A stretch of 64,000 nucleotides of DNA from an uncultured Bacilli bacterium (GCA_934155645.1 CAKPHC010000007.1:9475-73474); one strand, 5' to 3'; positions 9,832 to 20,833 are shown, counted from the stretch's first letter. Notes: generated by a model not told the origin, from the sequence alone. Numbers and translations: made by a program.

Positions 9832-11433
9832 CTACTTCTCTGTATACGTGTCAGGTAAATCATTTTCAAATAATGCATATAAGTCTTTTCTACTTTTTAA
9901 TTCATTTAAAATAGTATATGCTTCTCTAACATCATTTGAAATATAAATATTTTTTTCTTTGAAACCTTTTTCTTTTAATCCTTCAAGAATTGGTTCTGTT
10001 CTTTTAGCACCAATTAGGATAACTTTATCGGCTACTTCCGATATTTGTTCACCAAATATTTTGTTTAGTTCTCTTTCTTCAGAACCTAATTCAACCATAC
10101 CTGGAGTTATTACTACTTTATCTCCATCCATCATAGCAAGTACATCTAATGCACTTTTAGCACCAACTGGATTAGAGTTGTATGCGTCATCTATTTGATA
10201 GAAGTTACCTAATTTTTTTAATTCTAATCGATGCTCTATAGGACGTACTTTTTTAACACCTAATTGTAAATCTTTAATACTAACACCAAATTCACGTCCT
10301 AGTGCTAGCGCTGATAAAATGTTATAAACGTTATGTTTTCCTAATAATTTAGTTTCAAATTTATAACTTTTAGAATCATTTTTAAATGTTACATCAAAAA
10401 TAGTTCCTTCACCACTACACTTGATATTAGTAGCTGATACATCAACATCTTTGTTATCAATACCTATCCACAATATTTTGCAGTTGTTTTTTATTTTATA
10501 GCTCTTTTGCATTTTATCATCAGCATTTAATACCCCTATTCCATCACTAGGTAAATACTCAATTAATTCCATTTTACCTTTTTGAATATTCTCTTCACTT
10601 CCAAAAGTTTCTAAATGGGCTTTACCAATTGATGTAATAATTCCATATTTAGGATTTACAAGGCAACATAATCTGTGAATTTCACCAGGAACATATGCTC
10701 CCATCTCTGCTATAAAAATATCATCAAATTTACTTAATTTATTATTAATTGTAATCATAAGTCCATTAAAAGTATTTAGACTTTTTGGAGTTGGTAAGGC
10801 ATTATATTTTACATTTAAAATATCGGCTAAAATATTTTTACAACTTGTTTTACCATAACTACCTGTTATACCAACTATCTTTAATGATGGCATACTCTTT
10901 AATTTTTCTTTTGCAAGTCTTTCATAATGATGATATACCATCCTCTCTATTGGATGATTAATTATTAAAGCTAGGAATACTACATAGAAATTTAGACTAG
11001 CCATAATAGTTAAAATTAATAAACAAATAGCTGCGTATTGATTAGCAAATATAGCTGTTAATATTGGTATAAGATATAAAATATTAGTTGTTATTGCTAA
11101 TCTTTTTATTCTCTTAGTAGCAACAAGTGGTTTCTTATTTTGGTCTTTCTTTTTTTGTTCTTGAAATTTAAAGTAAGATACTAAATATACAAACATTAAT
11201 ACTACTAAGAAGAAATTAATTAGTGATTCATTTTTGGTAAACATAATAAGTATTGCAAATACTATTCCATATAAATCAATATTTTTAAGTATTAATTTTT
11301 TATTTTTCCATACCCATTTAAGATATCGATTATTTTCGTTATATATATTTTGTTGTAACATATGATAAGAACGCATACTTACATCAATAACATACATAAT
11401 AATCAAAAAATATAAGATATAATACAAAACCAT
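9832..11433 (-). CDS. murF: Mur ligase (MurF-like, UDP-MurNAc-pentapeptide synthetase) with an unusual N-terminal polytopic membrane domain
   Basis: GITGSYGKTS P-loop at about residue 190, with Mur ligase middle and C-terminal domains. The first ~150 aa are 4-5 predicted TM helices instead of the usual N-terminal substrate-binding domain. Adjacent to ddl. Confidence 0.6.
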   Translation of the reverse strand: MVLYYILYFLIIMYVIDVSMRSYHMLQQNIYNENNRYLKWVWKNKKLILKNIDLYGIVFAILIMFTKNESLINFFLVVLMFVYLVSYFKFQEQKKKDQNKKPLVATKRIKRLAITTNILYLIPILTAIFANQYAAICLLILTIMASLNFYVVFLALIINHPIERMVYHHYERLAKEKLKSMPSLKIVGITGSYGKTSCKNILADILNVKYNALPTPKSLNTFNGLMITINNKLSKFDDIFIAEMGAYVPGEIHRLCCLVNPKYGIITSIGKAHLETFGSEENIQKGKMELIEYLPSDGIGVLNADDKMQKSYKIKNNCKILWIGIDNKDVDVSATNIKCSGEGTIFDVTFKNDSKSYKFETKLLGKHNVYNILSALALGREFGVSIKDLQLGVKKVRPIEHRLELKKLGNFYQIDDAYNSNPVGAKSALDVLAMMDGDKVVITPGMVELGSEERELNKIFGEQISEVADKVILIGAKRTEPILEGLKEKGFKEKNIYISNDVREAYTILNELKSRKDLYALFENDLPDTYTEK

Positions 11434-11443
11434 AAATTACCTC

Positions 11444-12238
11444 CTATAAAAAGTTTTTTAAAATATTAGTAACGTGATTTAAGTTTTCTAAATATGCATA
11501 ATGTGTTGAATTAGGTAAAATTATTAATCCCGCATCTTCAATAAGTTTTTCTATTTCTTTAGCTTCATCTACGCTTACTGCTGTATCATTTTCTCCCCAA
11601 ATCAGAAGTGTTGGACATTTAATCTTTTTACAGCACTCACTTAAATCAGCATTAACTGTGTTAACTAGTATTTTTCTCATCATTGGGCTAGCACTTTTAT
11701 AATCACTTGAACCAATGTGTTTTTTAGCAAATTCTTCTAATTTATTTATACCAGGAACTTTCTTCATAAATTTAAGTACTTTTACTTTTAGTGATGGATT
11801 ACTCCTTTTAGCAAAACAAGGACTACCAAAAAGTACTAACTTATCGACTTCATATTTTGATGCATAAATAATAGATATTCTTCCACCAAAGGAGTGACCT
11901 ATTAAAGTTGGATTCTTAATCTTTAATCTAGTAACAAATTCTCTTAGAATTTCACAATAATCGTATACTGTTAATTCTTCGGTTGGTTCACTACTTTTAC
12001 CGAATCCAGGCAAATCAAGAATTGTTATTCTATGATTTTTTTGTAGTTTATCTCCAAGAGGTTGCATCATTTCAATATTCTGCCCCCAACCATGAAGTAG
12101 GATTATATCACTACCCTCACCATATTGTATGTAATTTATATCAATTGATTTAATGTTTATTCTCATATTTACACCCATTATCATTATATCACACATTGAA
12201 AATATTACAAAAAAAATAAGAAAAAAAGTAGTTTTCAC
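11444..12238 (-). CDS. Alpha/beta-fold hydrolase
   Basis: HGWGQN and GHSFGG nucleophile elbow. True start probably at the internal Met (MRINIKS...). Confidence 0.7.
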   Translation of the reverse strand: MKTTFFLIFFVIFSMCDIMIMGVNMRINIKSIDINYIQYGEGSDIILLHGWGQNIEMMQPLGDKLQKNHRITILDLPGFGKSSEPTEELTVYDYCEILREFVTRLKIKNPTLIGHSFGGRISIIYASKYEVDKLVLFGSPCFAKRSNPSLKVKVLKFMKKVPGINKLEEFAKKHIGSSDYKSASPMMRKILVNTVNADLSECCKKIKCPTLLIWGENDTAVSVDEAKEIEKLIEDAGLIILPNSTHYAYLENLNHVTNILKNFL

Positions 12239-12242
12239 TACT

Positions 12243-13253
12243 TTAAATTAAAGAACGTCTTGTATATATTTCAACATTTTTATCAGCGTATACTGTTACT
12301 TTAGCTTTTTCTACTACTTTAACAAAACCTAGACCGTTTACTACAATATCCTCATGATATAAGACATCCATCTCATTTGGAAACAAGTCTTTTAATTTGT
12401 TTTGTCTATACATATTATATCTTTGAACTTTTATATCATTGGACATAAATACTGTAAAACTGTTTCTTTCCCCTTCAACATAATCTATTCTAACAAAGTC
12501 ACCAATTACTAAGCATTGACCTTTTTTTATTTGATATGTTTTAGGTTTAATTTCTTTTTTAGGATTTATCTTTTTTAATAGACTAGGTTCTACATAATTA
12601 ACTATGTTACCTCTATCAATTAAACCTGGAGTATCTATTAAAACTAAGTCATCATTTAATTTGATTGATATTTTATTTAATGTTGTAGAAGGAAGTGGTG
12701 ATATTGTTAATTCACACTCATTTTCTGAATAGTTTTTCATTAATTTATTTATAAGAGTAGATTTCCCTACGTTAGTATGTCCTACTACATATACATTTTT
12801 ACTAGTTTTATATTTTTTTATCATAAGTAATAAGTTGTCAATATTGTAGTTTTTATTTGGACTTACAACTACTACATCTTGGTAATCTAAATCAAGATTC
12901 TTAAAGTATTCTATTAGTTTTTCATCTTTTACACTTTTAGGTAGAACATCTCTTTTACTTAGAACTAGTAATACTTTATTACTTATATAATTTCTTATAT
13001 ATTTTAAATCTCTATCTAAGTTAAGTAAGTCAACAATATATAAAACTAAATCATTAGTTTTTCCAACGCTTTGTAGAATTTTAATGTAATCTTCATTAGA
13101 TTTAGTAACTATTTGATATTCACCATAGTTTTTCATCCTGAAGCATCTAGCGCATATATCATTTTCAATACTTGCTGTATATCCTTCCATAGTCATGTTT
13201 TCATCTTGTAAAAGAACGCCACAACCAATACAATATTTTTTCTCTTTACTCAT
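12243..13253 (-). CDS. yqeH: Ribosome biogenesis GTPase YqeH
   Basis: N-terminal CxGCG...C zinc ribbon plus a circularly permuted GTPase (GHTNVGKSTLIN). Overlaps yqeG. Confidence 0.8.
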   Translation of the reverse strand: MSKEKKYCIGCGVLLQDENMTMEGYTASIENDICARCFRMKNYGEYQIVTKSNEDYIKILQSVGKTNDLVLYIVDLLNLDRDLKYIRNYISNKVLLVLSKRDVLPKSVKDEKLIEYFKNLDLDYQDVVVVSPNKNYNIDNLLLMIKKYKTSKNVYVVGHTNVGKSTLINKLMKNYSENECELTISPLPSTTLNKISIKLNDDLVLIDTPGLIDRGNIVNYVEPSLLKKINPKKEIKPKTYQIKKGQCLVIGDFVRIDYVEGERNSFTVFMSNDIKVQRYNMYRQNKLKDLFPNEMDVLYHEDIVVNGLGFVKVVEKAKVTVYADKNVEIYTRRSLI

Positions 13254-13770
13254 AATAAATTCCTCTTTCTAAAAATCCTTTAGCTGCTAACTTCTTAAAA
13301 ATCAAGTTTTCTATTACTCTGTTTAATTTAGTTATTTTTAAATCATTATTATTTAGTGGTTCAACTAATATAGTTTTAATACCATAATTATTCCCACCTA
13401 ATACATCTGTTAATAATTGGTCACCTATTATACACATCTCTTTTTTATTATAACCATACTTCTTACTTACTTTTTTAAAACACCTAGAAGTGGGTTTCAT
13501 AGAGAAACTAATAAAGGCAATATCAATTATACTACAAACATTACTAATTTTCCTCTTAAAATTATTAGAAATTGCAATTATTTGAAAATCTTTCTTTAAT
13601 TTTTCTATTAATTCTCTTCTTTCTTCAGACAATTTATAGCCTGGTAACTCTAAAAGAGTATTATCAAGGTCAAATAATAAGCATTTGGTTCCTTGTTCTT
13701 TTAGTTTTTTATAATTGATATCTAATACACTCTTTTTATAAATTATAGGAACAAATCTTTGTACTTTCAT
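13246..13770 (-). CDS. yqeG: YqeG-family HAD phosphatase
   Basis: FDLDNTL HAD motif I and conserved yqeG-yqeH synteny. Confidence 0.75.
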   Translation of the reverse strand: MKVQRFVPIIYKKSVLDINYKKLKEQGTKCLLFDLDNTLLELPGYKLSEERRELIEKLKKDFQIIAISNNFKRKISNVCSIIDIAFISFSMKPTSRCFKKVSKKYGYNKKEMCIIGDQLLTDVLGGNNYGIKTILVEPLNNNDLKITKLNRVIENLIFKKLAAKGFLERGIYYE

Positions 13771-13808
13771 AAATCCCCCTATAAAAGCAAAGAATAAACT
13801 AAGACAGC

Positions 13809-15359
13809 TTATTCTTCATTAACATTGTTAATCTTATCTAATTCATCATCACTTATAACTTTAGTTTTTTCTATTTCATTTTTAATTTGTTCTTCTTTTA
13901 CTTCTTCTACTTTTTCAGTTTTTTGTGATGCTTTTTTCTTGTTATTTTCAAGAATTTTTTTTCTTTTAAATATTTGAATAACAATTAATATAACTAGTAC
14001 TAAAGTAATAAATAGTTCTAATACTAAATAGAAGCTTACTCTTTTATCTTTAACTATTGTGATTGTATAAGTAGTAGTATCGCTATCATCGCCTTCTTCT
14101 AATCCGATTGGTGATACTTTTATTTCGTATTTATCTCCTACTTTTAAATCAATTTTAGTATTATCATCAACTTTAACACCATTATAGTAAATTGTATATG
14201 TTACAGCTTTATCTCCTGATACAGTAACAATACTCATATCAAGGCCTTTTTTAAATTTCTTATTGAAAGTTACTTCATAAACCATAGTGTTTTTATCAAA
14301 GTCAAGTTTGTATCCTTTGATATATAAGGTTTTAATCTTAGTATCTACTGCTTTATCAGTATTGTCAAATGTTATAGTGTATTTCTTTTCTTCACCATTT
14401 TCTGAAGTAACAGTAATAATTACAACGTTTTCTCCAACAATTATTTGTTCTGGTATTTCTACTTTTACGGTTGCTTTAGAATCAACTGCTACAGCATCTA
14501 CTTCTAATTTTTTTAATTTATAAGTCTTAATTGTATAATCTGTTTTATTTTTAGATAATTCTAATTTTATTTTACCTGAATTAATTAATACTTCTTTTAA
14601 ATTATTATTAGTATTTCTATTATCTTCACGAGTAACTAGTATTTTATATACTTGAATATCGCCAGCTTCACTTTTTACTTTAATTAAGAATTCATTTTCA
14701 CCATACTTAACATCTACTTCTCTTGAACCAAAACCGTCTACAAATGTTGCATTAGCGTTGTTAGGAGTTGCTTTTAATTCGATTTTATCAGTATCAGATG
14801 ATACTTCCATTTCGTATTCATAAACATCACTTTTAAATTCAGCAACAGTTACACCATCTACTTTTAAATCTTTTAGTGAGTTATCAGTAGACTTTATAGC
14901 AAGTGAAACTTTATGAGAAGCACTTTCTGATACAGCAACTAAATTCTTACTATTATTCTCATCTAAAGTAGTAATTTTGATATTTTTTAATGTAATTATT
15001 GTAGTTTGCTTTGGAACATTATTCTTAACTTTAAAAGTTACAGTAGCAATAGTAGAAGTTCCACTTATACCGTCTTTATAGGTAAAAGTTAGATTGTTAG
15101 ATGAGTTATTGCCGTTCCATGATTTAGCAGTAACTCCTTTTAAATCTAAAATTTCTTTATCATATGATAATTCTGCTTCATATTTAATTGCTTTTTCTTC
15201 ATCAGGAGAAGTAATTTTAATATCATATGCTACAGTATCACCTGGACGAGCATATATAACTCCTGTTAATTCAGTTGTTGGTGCAGCAAGAACAGTTATT
15301 GGTAATAATAATGCTCCTACTATCAGTAAAAATAACCCCTTAATCTTTTTCATAAACAC
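13809..15359 (-). CDS. Cell-surface protein with cohesin/cadherin-like beta-sandwich domains and a C-terminal TM anchor
   Basis: Signal peptide, repeated beta-rich modules (LKDLKVDGVTV...YEYEMEV), then a C-terminal hydrophobic helix and charged tail. Confidence 0.55.
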   Translation of the reverse strand: MFMKKIKGLFLLIVGALLLPITVLAAPTTELTGVIYARPGDTVAYDIKITSPDEEKAIKYEAELSYDKEILDLKGVTAKSWNGNNSSNNLTFTYKDGISGTSTIATVTFKVKNNVPKQTTIITLKNIKITTLDENNSKNLVAVSESASHKVSLAIKSTDNSLKDLKVDGVTVAEFKSDVYEYEMEVSSDTDKIELKATPNNANATFVDGFGSREVDVKYGENEFLIKVKSEAGDIQVYKILVTREDNRNTNNNLKEVLINSGKIKLELSKNKTDYTIKTYKLKKLEVDAVAVDSKATVKVEIPEQIIVGENVVIITVTSENGEEKKYTITFDNTDKAVDTKIKTLYIKGYKLDFDKNTMVYEVTFNKKFKKGLDMSIVTVSGDKAVTYTIYYNGVKVDDNTKIDLKVGDKYEIKVSPIGLEEGDDSDTTTYTITIVKDKRVSFYLVLELFITLVLVILIVIQIFKRKKILENNKKKASQKTEKVEEVKEEQIKNEIEKTKVISDDELDKINNVNEE

Positions 15360-15367
15360 ACACTCCT

Positions 15368-16804
15368 TTAATTATTTACCCTGTGTTTTACCATTGGTGT
15401 ATCCATATCTATTGCTGCAAATTGATATCCATTTGCTATTCCATAATCTATTATATCATTTAATGCCTCTACTGTCTTGTCATTATTTTGAAAATCATGC
15501 ATCAAAACTACATTTGTTTGATTATGGCTTAAATGATTAACGACATTATTATAAACATCTTCCTTACTTTTAGCACTTCCAGCATCACCGCAATCAACGT
15601 TCCAATCGAAATAATGATATCCTTTAGTTATTACTTCTTTAGTTAACGTTTTCATAATTCCATGAGAATAGTTTTTACTTATAGTGTTAGAACCACCCCC
15701 TGGAAAACGAATTATTGTAGGTTTTACTCCTGTTATACCTTGAACTTTTTTACTTATCGCATCTAAGTCATTAAAGTATTTATCAACAGAAGTATATATT
15801 ATGTCATAACGATGTGTATAAGAGTGAAGCGCTACAGTATGACCTTCATTATATTCTCTTTTAATCAAATCATTTAAATCATCTGAGTGATTAATAACAA
15901 AGAAAGTTGCTTTAACATTTTTCTTTTTCAAAATATCTAATATTTTACTTGTTACATTACTAGGTCCATCATCAAAAGTTAAATAAATCATACTATTCTT
16001 ATATATTCCATTAGAATTAGCTGTATGTCTTACATAAACAACTCTTGAAGTTGATGCGATATTACCTTTAGTATCTTTAACACTATAATTTATCTTATAA
16101 CTACCTATTTCATTAGTATTCACTTCTTCAGTTACTTCTGTTTTAGAAGTTACATCTCCATCACAGTTATCACTTGCAGTATAACCTGGCTCTATATACT
16201 TACCACCTTTTTCGATATATAAAACTTTATCTCCTTTTAAAGTTATTTCAGGTTTAACATCATCTATTCTTTTTAATGTTCTAGTAACAACTGTTTTATT
16301 ACCGCTAGAATCACTTACTGTATATGTTATCTTTTTATTAGTTTCTTCTATTTTCACTTTAGAAGTTATGTCTCCATCATAATTATCAATAGCTTTATAT
16401 CCTTGTTCTTTATATTTTTTACCAGGACATGCAGATACTTCATTTCCACCTTCTAAGGTTATTTCAGGTTTTATATCATCTATTACTTTAACAATTCTTT
16501 CAGCTTCAGTACTAAAAAGACCTTTCTTTACAGTATATGATATTTTATATGTTCCTATTTTTTGTGAATTAACTTTTCCATTTATTTTAACTTCATCAGT
16601 AACATCTTTTCCTTGATAAGTAGCTTTTACTCCATTGTCACTATATTTTTCATTTAATTTAATAGTAACTACTCTTTTACCTAATAATTCAACATTAGGT
16701 GTAAAAAATATAAAACATACTGATACTATAGCAAGTATTAAGAGTAAAGAGACAAGCAATATTACAAGATTTCTTTCTTTAACTTTTCGTCTTTTTTTTA
16801 ACAC
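15368..16804 (-). CDS. Polysaccharide deacetylase (NodB/CE4) with N-terminal TM and Ig-like domains
   Basis: TFDDGP and HSYTH motifs of CE4 deacetylases in the C-terminal half. Two Ig-like repeats ending ...KPEITL(E/K)G. Confidence 0.75.
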   Translation of the reverse strand: MLKKRRKVKERNLVILLVSLLLILAIVSVCFIFFTPNVELLGKRVVTIKLNEKYSDNGVKATYQGKDVTDEVKINGKVNSQKIGTYKISYTVKKGLFSTEAERIVKVIDDIKPEITLEGGNEVSACPGKKYKEQGYKAIDNYDGDITSKVKIEETNKKITYTVSDSSGNKTVVTRTLKRIDDVKPEITLKGDKVLYIEKGGKYIEPGYTASDNCDGDVTSKTEVTEEVNTNEIGSYKINYSVKDTKGNIASTSRVVYVRHTANSNGIYKNSMIYLTFDDGPSNVTSKILDILKKKNVKATFFVINHSDDLNDLIKREYNEGHTVALHSYTHRYDIIYTSVDKYFNDLDAISKKVQGITGVKPTIIRFPGGGSNTISKNYSHGIMKTLTKEVITKGYHYFDWNVDCGDAGSAKSKEDVYNNVVNHLSHNQTNVVLMHDFQNNDKTVEALNDIIDYGIANGYQFAAIDMDTPMVKHRVNN

Positions 16805-16896
16805 TTTTTATCACCGTTTTCCTATTTTATATACCTATATTATAGAGTTAAAGAATATAAATGTCAAAAAAAAGATAGTAAAAACTATCTTACAGG

Positions 16897-17589
16897 TTAC
16901 ATTTTCTTATTTTTCATAAATTCTCTTAATATTTTAGTAAGAGCGCGTTTTTCAATACGTGATACATAACTTCTCGAAATTTTTAAATCTTTAGCAATTT
17001 CTTTTTGAGTTTGTTCACTAGTATTATTAAGTCCATATCTTTTTATTAGTATTTCTTTTTCTCTTTTATTTAGTACTTTTATATAATCTTTTAGTAACTC
17101 AATATTATCTTTGGTTTGAATTTCTTCAGCAAAATCTGGTTTGGGCATTTTTAAGACATCTAAGATAGTAATTTCGTTACCTTCTTTATCAAAACCGATT
17201 GATTCATTAATTGATATATTTTTGTTGTTTTTATTATTACTTCTAAAGTACATTAGTATTTCATTTTCAATACATCTAGCACAATAAGTTGTTATTCTAG
17301 TACCATGGCGATTAGAGTATGAATCTACTCCTTTTATTAGTCCAATTGTACCTATACTTATTAAGTCATCTTGGTCTACATTTTTATAGTCAAATTTCTT
17401 TACGATGTGTGCGACTAATCTAAGATTATGTTCTATTAGCTTGTTTCTAGCATCTTTATCTCCTAATTTAGCAAGTTCTATATATTTATCCTCTTCTTCT
17501 TTTGTTAATGGGTCTGGGAAAATATTATTAGAATAGGACGCTGTAAAAAACATTAAACTTTTAATTAGTTCTAATAATGACAACCACAT
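16897..17589 (-). CDS. sigK: Sporulation sigma factor SigK (pro-sigma-K), uninterrupted
   Basis: NKLIEHNLRLVAHIVKKF, DLISIGTIGLIKG and YCARCIENEILM closely match the B. subtilis SigK regions. There is an N-terminal pro-sequence and no skin-like insertion. Confidence 0.9.
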   Translation of the reverse strand: MWLSLLELIKSLMFFTASYSNNIFPDPLTKEEEDKYIELAKLGDKDARNKLIEHNLRLVAHIVKKFDYKNVDQDDLISIGTIGLIKGVDSYSNRHGTRITTYCARCIENEILMYFRSNNKNNKNISINESIGFDKEGNEITILDVLKMPKPDFAEEIQTKDNIELLKDYIKVLNKREKEILIKRYGLNNTSEQTQKEIAKDLKISRSYVSRIEKRALTKILREFMKNKKM

Positions 17590-17628
17590 ATACTTCCTCC
17601 TAATAAAGTATATGTTTAGTTTTATAAT

Positions 17629-18909
17629 TTATTTTTCACTATTTAATAACCAGTCGATAACATTGATTTTAGTTATTCCGTCGTAATCAGCATCTAAGTC
17701 CATATCTAAAGTTAATAAATATTTTGGATAATGGTCTCCTGTTTTTTGTAATGATTTCAATTCTCTTTCAAGAACTTTTTCATCTCTTACTGATAATGCA
17801 ACTTGGTAATATCTTAATCCGTCTCTATTTTCAGCTACAAAGTCTACTTCTAAGTCATCTACTTTACCAACATATACTTTGTATCCTCGTCTTAGTAATT
17901 CTAAATACACTATATTTTCTAATACATGCCCCATATCACTATCAGCTTTTTTACCTAAAAGATAACTTCTAAGTCCTGTATCAACCGCATAGTATTTATA
18001 ATCTCTTACTAGAAGATTTTTACCTTTAACATCAAATCTTTCAGCTTTATATATCAAGAAACTTTCTAAAAATGATGTTAGGTAATTTTCTACAGTATGA
18101 TTACTTGTAGACATACCTTTACTTGTTAAAGTATCACTTATTTTTTTAGTGGATACTGGGCTTCCAATACTATCAAAAATAAATTTTAAAATATTTTCTA
18201 ACAGCATTTTATCGGTTATATTATTTCTTGCCATTATATCTTTATAAACAATAGTAGAAAATATTCCGTCTAGGTATTTGTCAACACCATCGGCATTAGT
18301 TTTTAATATATTTATATTTCCAGGCATACCACCATTTCTCATATATTCTAAGAATAATTTTTGGTAATTATCACTATCAAAAGCAGTGACATATTCTTTA
18401 AATGATAGTGGTAACATTTTTATTTCTATATATCTACCTGAAAGTAAAGTCGCAAGTTCACCAGATAATAAATATGCATTAGAACCAGTAATATATACAT
18501 CGACATTTTTCTTTATATATAAACTATCAACAGCTTTCTGAAAATTAGGAACGTTTTGAACTTCATCTAAAAAAACATAATATTGTTTATCAGAATCTAT
18601 TTTAGCATTTATATAATCATAAAGTTCTTTATATCCAGTAAATTCATAATCAACATCTTCTAAATTTATATGAATTATTTGGTCATCACTTATATTATCT
18701 TTTTTTAGATAATTTATGAATAATTCAAATAAAGTGGATTTTCCACATCTTCTTATTCCTGTGATTACTTTGATTAAATCTTTATCTCTCCATTTTTTTA
18801 ATTCTTCTAAATATTCAGGTCTTTCTATCATATCAATCACCTCTAGATAATTATATATCAGCTTTAACTCTAAGTCAAGTTTTGGAAATATTTTTCCAAA
18901 ACTTGACAA
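17629..18909 (-). CDS. AAA+ ATPase of the DUF4143/AAA_14 family
   Basis: Walker A GIRRCGKST and Walker B VFLDEVQ, with a C-terminal DUF4143-like region. Confidence 0.7.
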   Translation of the reverse strand: MSSFGKIFPKLDLELKLIYNYLEVIDMIERPEYLEELKKWRDKDLIKVITGIRRCGKSTLFELFINYLKKDNISDDQIIHINLEDVDYEFTGYKELYDYINAKIDSDKQYYVFLDEVQNVPNFQKAVDSLYIKKNVDVYITGSNAYLLSGELATLLSGRYIEIKMLPLSFKEYVTAFDSDNYQKLFLEYMRNGGMPGNINILKTNADGVDKYLDGIFSTIVYKDIMARNNITDKMLLENILKFIFDSIGSPVSTKKISDTLTSKGMSTSNHTVENYLTSFLESFLIYKAERFDVKGKNLLVRDYKYYAVDTGLRSYLLGKKADSDMGHVLENIVYLELLRRGYKVYVGKVDDLEVDFVAENRDGLRYYQVALSVRDEKVLERELKSLQKTGDHYPKYLLTLDMDLDADYDGITKINVIDWLLNSEK

Positions 18910-18911
18910 AA

Positions 18912-20333
18912 TCAGATACTTTTGGAAATACTATTGAAATAGTTTTCTACTACATCATAATCGCAATATTTAATATATTTATCTTCAACAGCCATATAAT
19001 TATCTCTACCTTTTCCTGCTATTAAGATAATATCTCCACTTCTAGCATGGTCTAATGCAAAGTTTATAGCTTCTTCTCTATCTATTATTACCTCATAACA
19101 ACCCTTATTATCTTTTATCATTTCATTTATTATTTCTTGGGGATTTTCATATCTAGGGTCATCAGTAGTAAAAATAACTAAATCAGAATTATCTAAAACT
19201 ACTTTTCCCATTTTATTACGTTTTTCTTTTTCTCTACCTCCAGCACTTCCAGTTATTGTAATAATTCTATTCTTTTTTATTTTGTTTAAATATTTAAGAA
19301 TTGATAATAAACCATTAGGAGTATGGGCATAATCAAGTACTATTTTATAAGGAGTATTAAAATCTAAAAACTCACATCTACCCTTAGGAATTGTTATGTT
19401 TTCTATACGAGGTAGAATATCTTCTATAGTAAAATCAAGAGACAACATACAAAGTATTGCTGCCATTAAGTTATAAACATTAAATTCACCTATTAAAGGA
19501 CTTGTTATATTATAAATATTATTTTTATAAGAAAAACTTATCTCCGTACTATTCTCTTTTTCAGTTATTTCTTTAATACATAAATCAGCATTTATATTTT
19601 TTCCATAAGTAATTTTATTTTTAGTAATATTAGAAAAATCATTATAATGTTCATCATCAATGTTAAGAATAGCTATTCCAGTATCTTTTATTTTTTTAAA
19701 TAAAAGCTTCTTACTATTAATATAATTTTCCATACTTTTATGAACATTTAAATGGTCTTCTGTAATATTAGTTAATATTCCTATATCAAAAAGAAATGAA
19801 TCTAATCTTCCATGTAAAAGACTTTCACTAGAAGTCTCCATTGCAACATATTTTAAGTCTTCTTTGTTAAACAAATATAAATACTTATATATAATGTGAC
19901 ACTCAGGAGTTGTATTTGATATTTTATCATTAATTTTTTTACCCATTACTCCATTAGTACCTATATAACCACATAAATCTTTACCTAATAAATCTCTTAT
20001 TATAGTAGCAGTTGTTGTTTTACCGTCGGTCCCAGTAATACCTATTAGTTTAAGTTTAGTATCAGGATAATCATAAAACTTTCTAGATAAGGTTGCTAAC
20101 TCTTTATTAGGATTAGATACTTTTATAAATGGTACTTTGTAATTACCAGTTTTTTTAACTATTAAAAAAGATGCACCATTAGATACTGCTTCATCAATAA
20201 AATCATGACGGTCACAACTAATTCCTTTAGTGCATACAAATAAATCTCCAGGATTAACTTCTTTAGAGTTAATCTTAATATCTTTTATTAAAGTATTGTA
20301 TTTACAATCATAAAGTTCATTTATTTTTTTCAT
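18912..20333 (-). CDS. murE: UDP-N-acetylmuramoyl-L-alanyl-D-glutamate ligase for the third amino acid
   Basis: GITGTDGKTTTA P-loop, Mur ligase domains and a DDPR-type motif near the C-terminus. Confidence 0.85.
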   Translation of the reverse strand: MKKINELYDCKYNTLIKDIKINSKEVNPGDLFVCTKGISCDRHDFIDEAVSNGASFLIVKKTGNYKVPFIKVSNPNKELATLSRKFYDYPDTKLKLIGITGTDGKTTTATIIRDLLGKDLCGYIGTNGVMGKKINDKISNTTPECHIIYKYLYLFNKEDLKYVAMETSSESLLHGRLDSFLFDIGILTNITEDHLNVHKSMENYINSKKLLFKKIKDTGIAILNIDDEHYNDFSNITKNKITYGKNINADLCIKEITEKENSTEISFSYKNNIYNITSPLIGEFNVYNLMAAILCMLSLDFTIEDILPRIENITIPKGRCEFLDFNTPYKIVLDYAHTPNGLLSILKYLNKIKKNRIITITGSAGGREKEKRNKMGKVVLDNSDLVIFTTDDPRYENPQEIINEMIKDNKGCYEVIIDREEAINFALDHARSGDIILIAGKGRDNYMAVEDKYIKYCDYDVVENYFNSISKSI

Positions 20334-20627
20334 TATATCACCACTATATTATAAGTAATTAACCTATAGAGGTGATTTATAGTTAATTATAATTGTAAAC
20401 AAAATCTTTTAATTCTTCACTAATCATTACTCTATATTTAGTTCTTTTATCTTATTCATTAGAAAAAATTATAAAAAAAACAAACGCCCTTTCGATAATA
20501 TTTACCTACTAACACGCTTGTTCTCAGTTACTTCTATTTAGCATTACTGCTAGGAAAATACTTGTTTCTTCAAGAATCGTTTTACCATAACTTACGTTAT
20601 AAATTCATCCACAATCTGAAGAAATTC

Positions 20628-20740
20628 CAGAGGCGCACACCCAACTCGTTGTCCACGTTGTCGTTGTTCACGTTACCATTGTCGTTCACGTTCCACACGT
20701 TAGCGTTAGAGTCAGAGTTGTCGGGCCTATTGTAGCATTT
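20628..20740 (-). repeat. Candidate DGR template repeat (TR)
   Basis: GC-rich, AAC-codon-rich intergenic near-copy of the 3' end of the 547-aa gene. Translates on the minus strand as SDSNANVWNVNDNGNVNNDNVDNELGVRL. Confidence 0.6.
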
Positions 20741-20782
20741 CCCTATATATATAAATTTTATATATACCATAGTTTTGGAAGG

Positions 20783-20808
20783 CCAGTTGCAAAGGGTTTT
20801 GCAACTGG
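20783..20808. other. Perfect 11-bp inverted repeat (CCAGTTGCAAA-GGGT-TTTGCAACTGG) between VR and TR
   Basis: Read directly from the sequence. Lies just 3' of the target gene stop and has no T-run, so it is not a classic terminator. Confidence 0.5.
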
Positions 20809-20833
20809 ATTTATTAGATTTTAGATAAATGTT

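Noticed and set aside
20628-20740. The GC-rich intergenic island as a fragment of a horizontally acquired rRNA or tRNA gene or an integrative element end.
   Set aside because: It has no tRNA- or rRNA-like structure. It translates in frame as an Asn-rich peptide and aligns codon-by-codon with the 3' end of the adjacent gene, so the DGR TR explanation fits better.
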